Shown: piece after piece, positions 38,083-47,991 of the stretch
How the letters are laid out: each line of letters begins with the position of its first letter
Position numbering within the stretch: position 1 is the stretch's first letter
Virus record (IMG/VR): IMGVR_UViG_3300028048_001599
Reading direction: 5' to 3' (one strand)
Length of the DNA stretch: 53,576 bases
Source: a virus
Taxonomy: Duplodnaviria > Heunggongvirae > Uroviricota > Caudoviricetes
Translations under genes and position numbers: made by a program
The notes under the pieces: generated by a model
What the model was told of the DNA's origin: nothing
Seen by the model: only the letters and a program-made list of their open reading frames with translations
Databases searched by the model: none

Positions 38083-38377
38083 ATTAAGGTTCATAGTACC
38101 GATAATATGTATTTTAATAATATTAACATTTGGTGTATTATTAATTGTAATAAACCAACAAAACATTCACAGGTGGTGGAAAACAACCACAGACTCAGCT
38201 TATGGGGTAGTACGTGAAGTCACAGTTGTAACATACAATGGTAACGAATTATGGCACTATGTTGGTAAAGTAGACATATATCAAAGTGGTAATGAAATCA
38301 TAATAGATGACGAACAAGGTTTACGTCATAGTTTCATCAATGTGTCGATTGTATCACATGAAGTGGAGGTAGACTAA
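38075..38377 (+). CDS. Membrane-anchored protein (DUF5052-like)
   Basis: N-terminal TM; REVTVVTYNGNELWHYVGKVDI..DDEQGLRH. Confidence 0.6.
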   Translation: MNKLRFIVPIICILIILTFGVLLIVINQQNIHRWWKTTTDSAYGVVREVTVVTYNGNELWHYVGKVDIYQSGNEIIIDDEQGLRHSFINVSIVSHEVEVD

Positions 38378-38925
38378 TGGAAGACGAAGACTTCATCATA
38401 TTTGATAGCGAGGAGGACAAAATGAACAATAGTAAGAATAAATGGACATCAGTAATTGTACCGATAACTTTAATTTTCATAGCACTATTTTTAGTTGCAA
38501 TTTTGATAGTTGTATGTAATGGTAAAGATAGATCAGAAATAGTGGGTAATACAAAGTCAATTGATGATATACCTTTAACATATCAGCAAATTCGGGTGTA
38601 TCGTGAAGCTGACACCCTATGGAAATATAAAGGTGACGCAGCAATAGTATCAGAAGGTAATTTAGTAATTGTTAAGGACTCAGCTGGACGTTATCATAGG
38701 TTTGCAAATGCTTACGTATCTGCTCATGAGCTGGATAGGAACTCATCATCGTTAGATGGTGCATATAATGAAGACACAAATAAATCTGATGTATCAGAGG
38801 AATCGCAGGTATCTTCAAATGCACCTGTGGAGTCCTCAAGTGTACCTGAAGAATCTTCAAAAACGGAAACTTCTCAGGTATCAACCACTTCTCAGGTATC
38901 AAGAACCGCTACAACGTCAAGATAA
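38377..38925 (+). CDS. Membrane-anchored paralogue of preceding gene with Ser/Glu/Thr tail
   Basis: TM; LWKYKGDAAI..KDSAGRYHRF aligns with 38075..38377. Confidence 0.65.
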   Translation: MEDEDFIIFDSEEDKMNNSKNKWTSVIVPITLIFIALFLVAILIVVCNGKDRSEIVGNTKSIDDIPLTYQQIRVYREADTLWKYKGDAAIVSEGNLVIVKDSAGRYHRFANAYVSAHELDRNSSSLDGAYNEDTNKSDVSEESQVSSNAPVESSSVPEESSKTETSQVSTTSQVSRTATTSR

Positions 38926-39034
38926 ATAATTTCCACAATTTGGATATTTTGTATAACTAAGGTATGCACATTGTGGGTTCTTTTTATAAATCAAACAATT
39001 TTCCAAATTTTACAAAAAAGTTTTAAACTTAGTG

Positions 39035-39063
39035 TTGACAGTTAAGGACATTTGTGTTATAAT
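39035..39063 (+). promoter_or_regulatory. SigA-type promoter
   Basis: TTGACA-17 bp-TATAAT, TG extension. Confidence 0.85.
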
Positions 39064-39101
39064 ATATTTGTAATCAAAAAAGCAAAGGAGAAATCAAAAG
39101 T

Positions 39102-40046
39102 ATGAAAGAACAAGTAGTAAACAATGTAATGTCTGTTGATGAATGTACGGACAAGGCTATGTCAATCCTTATGGGGTTTGACCTTGAGGAAAAGAAACGC
39201 AATAAAGGGGTAGCACCGAAGGCAATTGCAAGTATTGCTGCAATGGCTATTGCAACAACTATTCCGATGTCAGTTTCCGTTTCCGCTGTTGAACCTGAAA
39301 AAGACGATATAGTTGAACCGACAACCTCAGTCAAGAAGGTATTCACTACTTCAACTTCGGCATCCACTGTTACACAGGTATCTAATACGGTATATACCAC
39401 CGATTATCTGAGAGCACGTCTTGCTCCGTCACTTGATGGTGAAATCGTAAGGGTTTATGAACCAAATACAGCTGTAACAATGGAAGTTTACGACCCTGAA
39501 TGGTCACTTGTTAGTATTGGTAATAATCATTACTATATGGCTACGGAGTACCTTTCAGAAACAAAAGTCGATTATAAAGGGGTAGTTGATACTTCATCCG
39601 ATAGTGATAATGATGACGAAATGGCACCAGATTATCTGGATGATGGGGTAGATTTTGAGGACGATGCTGAAACAGACGGTTACACATCTTGGGACTCATA
39701 CACCAACGATACTTCATATGAAAATGATGAAGAGGAAACAGTGTATGTAGATAGTACTGACGCATTTGTTTCACCATCTGAACTCAGAAATATGGGTATT
39801 GTGTCTTATGGAGATTACCGCTATACATGGTATTCAGAACTCGCACTCCCTGGTGAAGGACTTGATATCCCTGGACGTCACGTTGATGAAAACGGGTATG
39901 TATGTGATGAAAATGGCTACATATGCCTTGCAAGTGACTCTTTGGATAAAGGCACAGTGATTTACACACCGCTTGGCAAGGACGGTAAAGTTTATGATTG
40001 TGGACCAGGTTCAGACGATATTCTTGATGTCTATGTATCTTGGTAA
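39102..40046 (+). CDS. Exported SH3b + 3D/DPBB-like cell-wall protein
   Basis: Signal-like segment ending VSA; LRARLAPSLDGEIV..WSLV..YMATEYL (SH3b); C-terminal KVYDCG..ILDVYVSW. Confidence 0.7.
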   Translation: MKEQVVNNVMSVDECTDKAMSILMGFDLEEKKRNKGVAPKAIASIAAMAIATTIPMSVSVSAVEPEKDDIVEPTTSVKKVFTTSTSASTVTQVSNTVYTTDYLRARLAPSLDGEIVRVYEPNTAVTMEVYDPEWSLVSIGNNHYYMATEYLSETKVDYKGVVDTSSDSDNDDEMAPDYLDDGVDFEDDAETDGYTSWDSYTNDTSYENDEEETVYVDSTDAFVSPSELRNMGIVSYGDYRYTWYSELALPGEGLDIPGRHVDENGYVCDENGYICLASDSLDKGTVIYTPLGKDGKVYDCGPGSDDILDVYVSW

Positions 40047-40064
40047 GAAAATGTAGGAAGTTGA

Positions 40065-40094
40065 AAGAGGGTGTACTTAAATGTATACCCTCTT
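40065..40094 (+). terminator. Intrinsic terminator
   Basis: AAGAGGGTGTAC / GTATACCCTCTT. Confidence 0.7.
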
Positions 40095-40147
40095 ATTGTA
40101 TTATAGGTGATTATTTCACAGTAATTTTTAAGAAATGAGGTAATTTT

Positions 40148-40684
40148 ATGAAAACAAGAGCATTTGTAGAAGCACTATCAACAGCTATTGGTAACGACCT
40201 TAGTGACTTCAAGGTACGAGTAAACAGAGGTGCAAAGGGGGTAGTTGATTCAGTAACAATAATGTTTCGTGAGAAGAACGATGAGAATGGTGAAAGCACC
40301 CTTGGTAGATACGCTTCTATGTGTAAACTTCTTGAACACTTGGGTTCTGTTATGACACGTTATTCTGAAAGCATTGAACTTACATCAAAACCAAACTTTA
40401 TGTCTGATTTTGCGAAATTCAACAAAGAAACGAGACTTGTTTTGGATGAGCTGCGTAAGACTTCAAAATTGTGGAATATTAAAGATACGGGCGGTTACAC
40501 ATATTTAAGTTATACCGTAAGCAGTGACTACAGGTTCATTGGTGGTTTCATGTCTGATGTTCATACAATTAAAGAATCCGAGTGGCGTAATTGGATATCA
40601 TCGGCAGATGCTAATAACATCATTAATTGTATGATAGACGATTATATTTCAAAAGTCGGTTCAAAAATGAAGAAGGTGGTATAA
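40148..40684 (+). CDS. Hypothetical protein
   Basis: GAGGT RBS. Confidence 0.7.
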   Translation: MKTRAFVEALSTAIGNDLSDFKVRVNRGAKGVVDSVTIMFREKNDENGESTLGRYASMCKLLEHLGSVMTRYSESIELTSKPNFMSDFAKFNKETRLVLDELRKTSKLWNIKDTGGYTYLSYTVSSDYRFIGGFMSDVHTIKESEWRNWISSADANNIINCMIDDYISKVGSKMKKVV

Positions 40685-40727
40685 TGGGGTAAATACTTTA
40701 TCTGTTTTAAAAATTACTTGTAAACGA

Positions 40728-41117
40728 GTGATTAAAGCACAAATTATGGCAGATTTACAACTTGGAAAGTTTGACTTTACAGCAATCAAAGGTTATTCTT
40801 ACCATATTTGTGAGTTTCTATCTTGTGACTTTTGTGTAGAGTTAGAAACTTGGGCTGAGAAAACTGCAAAATCGATGTATGGAAAATACATTAACTCAAA
40901 GCATAGTGAGATGATAGCTTATGATGTATATTCACAGGAAGCGAAGGAAATAGCATCAGCATTTATTGATAAGGACATTGTGTTATTTGGTACTTTAAAT
41001 GATGCTGCACACTATGAAATTATAACTTGTCAATATTTAGATTTGCTTGAAAGTTATTGGTTAAGAGTACGATTGAATTTATTTATACAAGACAAGCTTA
41101 AAAAGATACATCAATAA
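40728..41117 (+). CDS. Hypothetical protein
   Basis: 129-aa ORF before terminator. Confidence 0.65.
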   Translation: MIKAQIMADLQLGKFDFTAIKGYSYHICEFLSCDFCVELETWAEKTAKSMYGKYINSKHSEMIAYDVYSQEAKEIASAFIDKDIVLFGTLNDAAHYEIITCQYLDLLESYWLRVRLNLFIQDKLKKIHQ

Positions 41118-41127
41118 TATCAATTAT

Positions 41128-41163
41128 TTGGGACTATTATTCACATAGTAGCCCCAATTTTTT
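41128..41163 (+). terminator. Intrinsic terminator
   Basis: TTGGGACTATTAT / ATAGTAGCCCCAA then T-run. Confidence 0.65.
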
Positions 41164-41354
41164 ATTGATTTATTATTGAGGTGATAGTCAGGAATGGTTC
41201 TCTTTTGGCTGAGAATCGTCTGTAATCAATTTTTAGTAAAAAATCAAGTAAGTTAGTGTGGGGTAAAAAAATCGTTCACAGTGGCGCACAGCTCATTTCT
41301 CATTAATTGGTAGTTATTGGCAAATGAAAAATATCTGTCAGAAGTCAATTTTTG

Positions 41355-41383
41355 ATTGAGAAAATAACAACTTAAATCTATAA
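41355..41383 (+). promoter_or_regulatory. Probable SigA-type promoter
   Basis: TTGAGA-17 bp-TATAAT. Confidence 0.55.
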
Positions 41384-41427
41384 TTAAGTAGGGTATTGAA
41401 TCAAATCAAAATTGACGAGGTGATTAA

Positions 41428-41811
41428 ATGCGTACTCATATAAATAATAAAGTATATGATACTTCTACGGCAAAACAAATATTTCTTGTTGCTAATGAAT
41501 ATTCTAAGAATGATTTACGTTATCAGGAAATAGGTGTTTTTAAGAAACAAACTGGTGAATACTTTTTATATCAGTTTATGGCACAGAGAGGTATTATATC
41601 ACCCTTAAGTTATGCTAAGGCAAAAGAGTTTACAGGTATATACGGGTCAAATGAGGAATATAACAAAGAATTTGGGTTAGTCGTTGACACCACAACAGTT
41701 TCTTCAAGATTCGATTTACCTTTAGATGTAAAGAAAAAACTTGAGATATTAGCTTCAAATCGTGGTCAGTCAAGGACTCAGGTTCTTATTGATTTAATAA
41801 GGAGTGTGTAA
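41428..41811 (+). CDS. Ribbon-helix-helix DNA-binding protein
   Basis: C-terminal SRFDLPLDVKKKLEILASNRGQSRTQVLIDLI. Confidence 0.7.
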   Translation: MRTHINNKVYDTSTAKQIFLVANEYSKNDLRYQEIGVFKKQTGEYFLYQFMAQRGIISPLSYAKAKEFTGIYGSNEEYNKEFGLVVDTTTVSSRFDLPLDVKKKLEILASNRGQSRTQVLIDLIRSV

Positions 41812-41814
41812 TGA

Positions 41815-43815
41815 ATGGAAACAGCAAGTAGACATGACAAGTTAAAAGCAGCATTGTACCCCGGTAAGGATGCGAAGTCCCTGTTTAATTCAGTAGCAAG
41901 TGGTACTACAATATCGGGTTGGTCACCGCATAATCTTAGGCGTGTTGTAATAAGTGAAAACCATATTTTTATTCAGTGGTATATAACAAGTAAGGATACT
42001 CCAAACTTAATAGATTTAGTCAAAGTATACCCAGACATAAATCAACGTGACTTGGAAGCTGGTACTAGTGTACCATCATTACTTGATTTATTATTTAAGA
42101 AAAATTACGGTAGACAATTTTCAAATATAGAGGAAGTCATATTTTTAGACTATATAAACGAAGACTTATACCTAAAGGATATAGCTAATTTAAGTAGTAG
42201 ACAGTACGATTTTTCAGCATATTCGCATTTAACATACATATCTAAAATTAGTGGTGTTACACCAGAAGTAATGTACGCATTGATAAAAGGTGCGACATGG
42301 GGTAAAACAGTTACAGAGTGTATTGAAAACAAGTCATCAGTTCAAATATTGTATAATCCAAAAGGTCAATCAAAAACGCAGGTAAGAAACGCAATGACCT
42401 ATAATAGGGGGTATTATTCACTTGATGACAATTTAAAAGTTACTATAGATAAGTATGAAGCACAATTTGTCGCACAAACAGCACGGGAAAAGAAGGATAG
42501 TATCAGACTTTCATATAGTAAGCTTAGTGAGGTAATGCCAAAAGTTCCTGTAAATAAGGAAGATCCAAGGTGTGAATACACATGTTCATACAATTCTATG
42601 GTATTAGATATAATCTACTTAAAAAGGGCATTTGAATTTGTGAATTTTAAGTTGTCAATCACAAAACCATTATTGGAGGCTTGTTTATACTATAAAAATA
42701 AGTATAAGAATATACCTGAGGACTTATTACCAACTGAAAAATTAATTCGTAGTAAATCTTATAAAGGATTTGGGCGACCTATTACAGCTGACGATAACAC
42801 AAGTAAAGAGTTTGAGTTGTTAAAAAATCTAAAGGAACTTTGTGAACCATTACAGATATCTTTCGCAAATGTAATTGACAATAATTTGGAGTTATGTATC
42901 ACTTGCGTTTTAAATGTACTTCGTAGTATTTATTATTCACACATGATTGCATATTTTGGTGACAAGTTTCCGCCGGAATACTGGGTTTTTCACAGTATGA
43001 TATTCACAGAGTGTGATGTTAACTGTATTCGACAGTTAGGTAACAAATTTAGAAATGTAAATTTCTTTTTATTAAATAACGTAAGGAAAACGACATCAAA
43101 GGATTATCTAACAGTTTGTGCCATTGGTGAGGGTGGTCGGACATTACGTGTATATGAGATGTTCAAAGCCCTTAACGAAAGATTAGAAACAGAAGGGGTA
43201 GCTGAAGACATCGATGAAGAAGAAGATGAAGATGATACATGGGTTGATGAAGATGATGATACATGGGTTGATGATGACTCAGACGATGAGGATGACGACT
43301 CAGACGATGAGAATGATGAGGGCGATACATGGATTGATGATGACGATAACTCAGACGATGAGGACGTAGTTAATACTGATAACTCTCAATACTCAAGTTT
43401 GATTACCGCATTAAATCAAAAATACACCTTTATAGACTCATCAAAATTCAAGGATATAGTAATGGAACGTCTATCAATAAATGACATAGCGTCTATTTCG
43501 GAGGCGAACCAAAAAGAGTTTTACTCTGTATACATTACTTCATTCTTATATTTAGTATTATATGAACGTATAAATAGTGTTGTACGTGTAGCACGTCCTA
43601 TGGTTCAATTAATGATAGAGACGCAGGTTAATTCTCCTATATCTTACGATGATAGAGAGATTGAAATAATCAACAAGTACAAAAATTTAGGGGAAAATTG
43701 TAGCAGTTCTAATAGTTTTTCATTTGCACATAAAATATCTGTTGAAGAACAAAAAGCAAATAGGGACACATTAATTCCCCTACTTAAAAACATAGTAGAA
43801 AGGGTGGTGGGGTAA
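41815..43815 (+). CDS. Large hypothetical protein with ~60-aa acidic tract
   Basis: 666 aa; EEEDEDDTWVDEDDDTWVDDD... Confidence 0.75.
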   Translation: METASRHDKLKAALYPGKDAKSLFNSVASGTTISGWSPHNLRRVVISENHIFIQWYITSKDTPNLIDLVKVYPDINQRDLEAGTSVPSLLDLLFKKNYGRQFSNIEEVIFLDYINEDLYLKDIANLSSRQYDFSAYSHLTYISKISGVTPEVMYALIKGATWGKTVTECIENKSSVQILYNPKGQSKTQVRNAMTYNRGYYSLDDNLKVTIDKYEAQFVAQTAREKKDSIRLSYSKLSEVMPKVPVNKEDPRCEYTCSYNSMVLDIIYLKRAFEFVNFKLSITKPLLEACLYYKNKYKNIPEDLLPTEKLIRSKSYKGFGRPITADDNTSKEFELLKNLKELCEPLQISFANVIDNNLELCITCVLNVLRSIYYSHMIAYFGDKFPPEYWVFHSMIFTECDVNCIRQLGNKFRNVNFFLLNNVRKTTSKDYLTVCAIGEGGRTLRVYEMFKALNERLETEGVAEDIDEEEDEDDTWVDEDDDTWVDDDSDDEDDDSDDENDEGDTWIDDDDNSDDEDVVNTDNSQYSSLITALNQKYTFIDSSKFKDIVMERLSINDIASISEANQKEFYSVYITSFLYLVLYERINSVVRVARPMVQLMIETQVNSPISYDDREIEIINKYKNLGENCSSSNSFSFAHKISVEEQKANRDTLIPLLKNIVERVVG

Positions 43816-43816
43816 A

Positions 43817-46800
43817 ATGGCTCAAGAAGGCATGGTTTCAATAGTTCACGGTATTTTAGACTATGTTGTAGCACAACAGTCACGTGATGGTTCTACTGTA
43901 TATTCGGAGTTTGAAACTGAATTGAATACATTTATATACCCACAAGCTTCAAATATTCATTTATCATTTTTACAAGATTATAAACTTGCTTGTAATATCA
44001 TAGCTTTTGGTATATTGCGAATAGCACGTATGAATAAGAAGGAAAAATCAGATAGATTTAAGTCTGTACTTGATGTTCCTGCAGATGTCGAGCCTATTCT
44101 TAAAAAGATAATAGGTCTTGACTCGTTTACGCTTGATTATTGTTCAGCATTATTAGGTATAAAATTTAATATTGTTGACTTTGATGGTTCTTGTAAGCAA
44201 CAAGAGGTTGTATATGATAAACTTGCTGATATGTTTGGTACAATAGGTATGTTATTCAACTTTACACCTGAAAATGTATCGAAGGTATCGGTGCATAAAA
44301 CTGAGGTTGATTCTCTATTTGACCGTTTAAAACTTATAGTTGAACGAAATGAGTTATCTGCGCCATACGGTGTAATGTATTATAGGGATAATCAGGGGTA
44401 TTTTCTTAAACCAACAACATCTGAAAACTCTGAATTTTATCCGTTTAAATTAAATTATTTTGTAGATTATAAACGGGGTATAATCCCATCTACCGTGGTA
44501 GAAGAAAATAATATTTCTCAGTTATTTACAGATTATTTAACTACCTCAGAACCCGGAGAATTTATTTTCTACGATAGTAACTCAAGTTCAACTGTTAATT
44601 TACCTGATAACAACGGTAAAGTTAAGTTTTACCCTATATTTATAGCATCATTAATTTTCAGGCAGAAGATGCATTGTAAGCAAGTAGGTACATCTGGGGA
44701 TAAATCAGGTGCAATGTGGTATTTAGACCCAGAACGTATGAAGAAAGATGACTACATTGAGTGGTTGTCAAACTTCTTCTATAATCGTATGATGCCGGCT
44801 GTAATAGGGAGTATACCTGTTGAAAACTATTCATCTATATGGTTATCTGTTACAAAGTCGCTCACATCTTATGTATATCTTGAGGATTACAAAGGGGTAG
44901 CAAAAGTATCACTTATATTTAGTTTTGGTGAAAAGAGTAAGGATATAAGTATACGTTGTAAAGCTATATCTGACCAGATATTAGATATTAGTAACGGAGC
45001 CTTTGGTTCTTCACTGTTTCCAGGTAAAACATTGGAAAAGATTGATAGTAGGTTTTTAAGTCAATCGTCACAGGATTATTCGGGGTACATTATAGCCTTT
45101 ACTGCAGACAAAACTGCATATTATGCACTTACATCATTTGCATATAAGACCTATGCTCAAATGATGGAAAACAATAAGGAAATTTCACTTAAGAGTTTGT
45201 TTGTTGGTAAAACAAAAGATGACCAATTATTGAGTGTGGATTTATCGGGTAACACGACTCATTCAATGTATATCACCGCAGGTTCTCGTTCAGGTAAAGG
45301 TGTTTTAACCTTAAACTTATTAGCAGGTTTGATATATAGTGGCTGTCCACTTATATACCTTGATAATAAACCAGACATGGCAAGTATGCTATGGCAGATG
45401 GAACGTGAACTAAACAATGGAGTGGTTGATATAAATTCTGATGGTACAGCTAACCCAAATTATAAACGTATATTATCTATCGAATCACTTCGACCTACGA
45501 AAAAATTCCCAAAAGATGATAATAACGTTCTTGGTTTTAACTCTACTCGTGTTAAATTAGCATATCAACATGCACAAGCAAATTGTCCATCAGAATTTAA
45601 GACTTTATCTATTGGTGCAAAAGCGTTTATTTCATATGCTAAAGCTGTACAATTAGCTTTTGTTGTAGCACAGTCACCATCAACATTTGGTGTAAGTCAA
45701 GATTCTAAATTAGTTACAATAATGGACGAGTTAAATAATGCTACTGAAAGTTTGGATGCTTGGGTTGATACTTTTGGTTTATCTAAAGCATATAAGGATT
45801 TAAGGTACACACTTCCTGAAAAGTTAAAAGGTACTCCTGAAGGTAAATTTTTTGAGTTATTAAATGACCTCACATCAAGTTGGAATTTAGGTAGAAATGC
45901 ATGGTTTACTGATACAGGTGGTGCTTTATTCATAGAAATAGCACAAAAGTTAAGTGCAGGGGGTAACACCTCAGGTGGTGGTAAGACTGTAACTAAATCT
46001 TTTATGGCAAACATGATACAATGGGCACCTTATAAAATTTTTGGTAAGAACGGTAATATGAAAACTGGTGTTGATAAGGCTGATATGACCGCATTTACTA
46101 CCAATAATGAAGAGGGCAAACTTTTAGCATATAATGAGGTACAGGGTGCAGGTGGTTCTACGGATAAAGCAACTGGCGAGGAACTTACAGCATTAGATGG
46201 TTGTAGTCGTAGGTTTATATTTACGTCTGACAGTGGGTATAGAGTGTTCGCTCCTTTGTTCACACTGAATAGAAACGATTTACTTTTAGCAACTGAGAGT
46301 ATAGCGGAACAAACAATCAGTGGTAACCCTCCTGTAATAGATGATGCACTTATTCATAAAATAGCAACAAACCAGCGTTGGGCTAAGTCAAACGTTGGAC
46401 CTTTCCTTGATATTCAAGAGGGTAATCACAATGACCCAGAAACCGTTATAAAAGCGGAGATTGTTGAAAAACAGCAAGATGGCACATATACGTTAAATGA
46501 AAAAATTGGTTTTATGGGTCTGTTACGTATGCTACTAAATTATGACGATGCTAAAATTCTCAGTACATTGTCACGTGGTTACGATATTTGTTGGGAAATA
46601 TTAACTGCATCAGGAATTGCTCAGGAACATGGGTATACATTCGTTGAAGAATATCTATACGACCTTAGACCTGATACTATATACTCAAGCTCGGAAATTG
46701 TAGAACGCATGCAGAGTGGTTTACAGGCAGGTTCAGGTGCGTCAAGTTTTAACACAGGTGACTTCAATAATTCGGGGTATGACGAATATGCAAATCCGAC

Positions 46801-47935
46801 CCAAAATTCAGATATGTCAGAACCTGATTATGAAGATAATTCAGATGTCGAACCCATTCGTGGTACTTCGGAAACAACTTCAGCTCCATTACCAAACCCA
46901 TTTCAAACATCAGGTAATACATGGGGTACTCAGCAAAATTCAGACGAAACACTCGACCCTGAAGGTGACTGGGATAATAGTGAGTTTGATGACGGTTCAG
47001 AGGATAATTATGGAGGTCAAGAAACTACAGAGCAACCCATCAGTGGTTTCGGAGCACCCACAGGAACTCCGATGGGAACACCGATGGGAACACCGTTTGG
47101 AACTCCGATGGGTTCACCACAACCTGTCCCGCCGGCACCTGATTATTCAGGTATACCAACATATGATAAACCATTTGTACCTCTAGACCTTGAACTCGAC
47201 TTTGGAAAAGGGGTATATGGTGGTTATAATTCAGTTCGTCACTACAGTGAGGTATTAGTTGAATGTATTCGTGAAGCTATGGGTGACCTAAATAGAGTAA
47301 TTAAATTTGAGGTTCAGCAAGGTGGTCATATAGTTGTAAATGGGGTACATATAGCACCATCAATTCAACAAAGTCAGCTTGAAGCTTTACCTTTAGATAT
47401 ACGTGCTCGTGTATCACAGGGGATGTGGATAGATATATTTCATTTTGCGGACTTGTATAAATTTAAAAATCTGGCTTACCTTAGTGTAGATGACATTGAC
47501 TTAGCATATACGAAGTTGAGAACAGAGATTGGCAAACCTACATTCTTAAAGGTAAAAAATAAACTTGCAAGAAAGACGAGTCTTGAAATATTGATTATAG
47601 CCGGTCAGGTTATAGATGAAACACCTGAAAGTACTGAGCAACAAACAATTAACGAAAATTCACATAATTTCTCGTCAGCATGTAAAAATGGCTTTAGTAA
47701 AATAGCATCCGCAGGTTCTGCATTAGGACATGCTTGTGGTCGTATATACTCAAGTAAAGTTTGGCAATCACCTGTTGGTAGATTTGCAAAAGGTGCAGCA
47801 ACTGTAGCTGGTGTTGGTGTTGGTTTATCATTAATGGGTGGTATTCTCGGACTGTTGGGTGTGTGGGGTACTCTTAATTTGGCACTAGTCGGTGGTGGGG
47901 GTATCTACAACGCTATAAGAAAACGTAAAAAGTAA
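43817..47935 (+). CDS. VirD4/FtsK/HerA-superfamily ATPase with C-terminal membrane anchor
   Basis: Walker A TAGSRSGKG, strand-2 YLDNKPD, Walker B TIMDE, Arg finger GR, sensor Q (EIAQ); acidic/Pro linker; hydrophobic C-terminal hairpin then RKRKK. Confidence 0.72.
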   Translation: MAQEGMVSIVHGILDYVVAQQSRDGSTVYSEFETELNTFIYPQASNIHLSFLQDYKLACNIIAFGILRIARMNKKEKSDRFKSVLDVPADVEPILKKIIGLDSFTLDYCSALLGIKFNIVDFDGSCKQQEVVYDKLADMFGTIGMLFNFTPENVSKVSVHKTEVDSLFDRLKLIVERNELSAPYGVMYYRDNQGYFLKPTTSENSEFYPFKLNYFVDYKRGIIPSTVVEENNISQLFTDYLTTSEPGEFIFYDSNSSSTVNLPDNNGKVKFYPIFIASLIFRQKMHCKQVGTSGDKSGAMWYLDPERMKKDDYIEWLSNFFYNRMMPAVIGSIPVENYSSIWLSVTKSLTSYVYLEDYKGVAKVSLIFSFGEKSKDISIRCKAISDQILDISNGAFGSSLFPGKTLEKIDSRFLSQSSQDYSGYIIAFTADKTAYYALTSFAYKTYAQMMENNKEISLKSLFVGKTKDDQLLSVDLSGNTTHSMYITAGSRSGKGVLTLNLLAGLIYSGCPLIYLDNKPDMASMLWQMERELNNGVVDINSDGTANPNYKRILSIESLRPTKKFPKDDNNVLGFNSTRVKLAYQHAQANCPSEFKTLSIGAKAFISYAKAVQLAFVVAQSPSTFGVSQDSKLVTIMDELNNATESLDAWVDTFGLSKAYKDLRYTLPEKLKGTPEGKFFELLNDLTSSWNLGRNAWFTDTGGALFIEIAQKLSAGGNTSGGGKTVTKSFMANMIQWAPYKIFGKNGNMKTGVDKADMTAFTTNNEEGKLLAYNEVQGAGGSTDKATGEELTALDGCSRRFIFTSDSGYRVFAPLFTLNRNDLLLATESIAEQTISGNPPVIDDALIHKIATNQRWAKSNVGPFLDIQEGNHNDPETVIKAEIVEKQQDGTYTLNEKIGFMGLLRMLLNYDDAKILSTLSRGYDICWEILTASGIAQEHGYTFVEEYLYDLRPDTIYSSSEIVERMQSGLQAGSGASSFNTGDFNNSGYDEYANPTQNSDMSEPDYEDNSDVEPIRGTSETTSAPLPNPFQTSGNTWGTQQNSDETLDPEGDWDNSEFDDGSEDNYGGQETTEQPISGFGAPTGTPMGTPMGTPFGTPMGSPQPVPPAPDYSGIPTYDKPFVPLDLELDFGKGVYGGYNSVRHYSEVLVECIREAMGDLNRVIKFEVQQGGHIVVNGVHIAPSIQQSQLEALPLDIRARVSQGMWIDIFHFADLYKFKNLAYLSVDDIDLAYTKLRTEIGKPTFLKVKNKLARKTSLEILIIAGQVIDETPESTEQQTINENSHNFSSACKNGFSKIASAGSALGHACGRIYSSKVWQSPVGRFAKGAATVAGVGVGLSLMGGILGLLGVWGTLNLALVGGGGIYNAIRKRKK
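47063..47110 (+). repeat. 12-bp coding tandem repeat x4 (GTPM/GTPF)
   Basis: GGAAC(T/A)CCG(ATG/TTT). Confidence 0.85.
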
Positions 47936-47944
47936 ACAAATAAA

Positions 47945-47970
47945 TCACCAGTTGTCTTGGCAACTGGTGA
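47945..47970. terminator. Hairpin/terminator after ATPase gene
   Basis: TCACCAGTTG / CAACTGGTGA. Confidence 0.65.
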
Positions 47971-47991
47971 CACTAATTTTGGGGTGATAAC

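Noticed and set aside
43817-47935. Conjugation locus
   Set aside because: No relaxase, VirB4 partner or other T4SS genes in the window; the ATPase alone is insufficient
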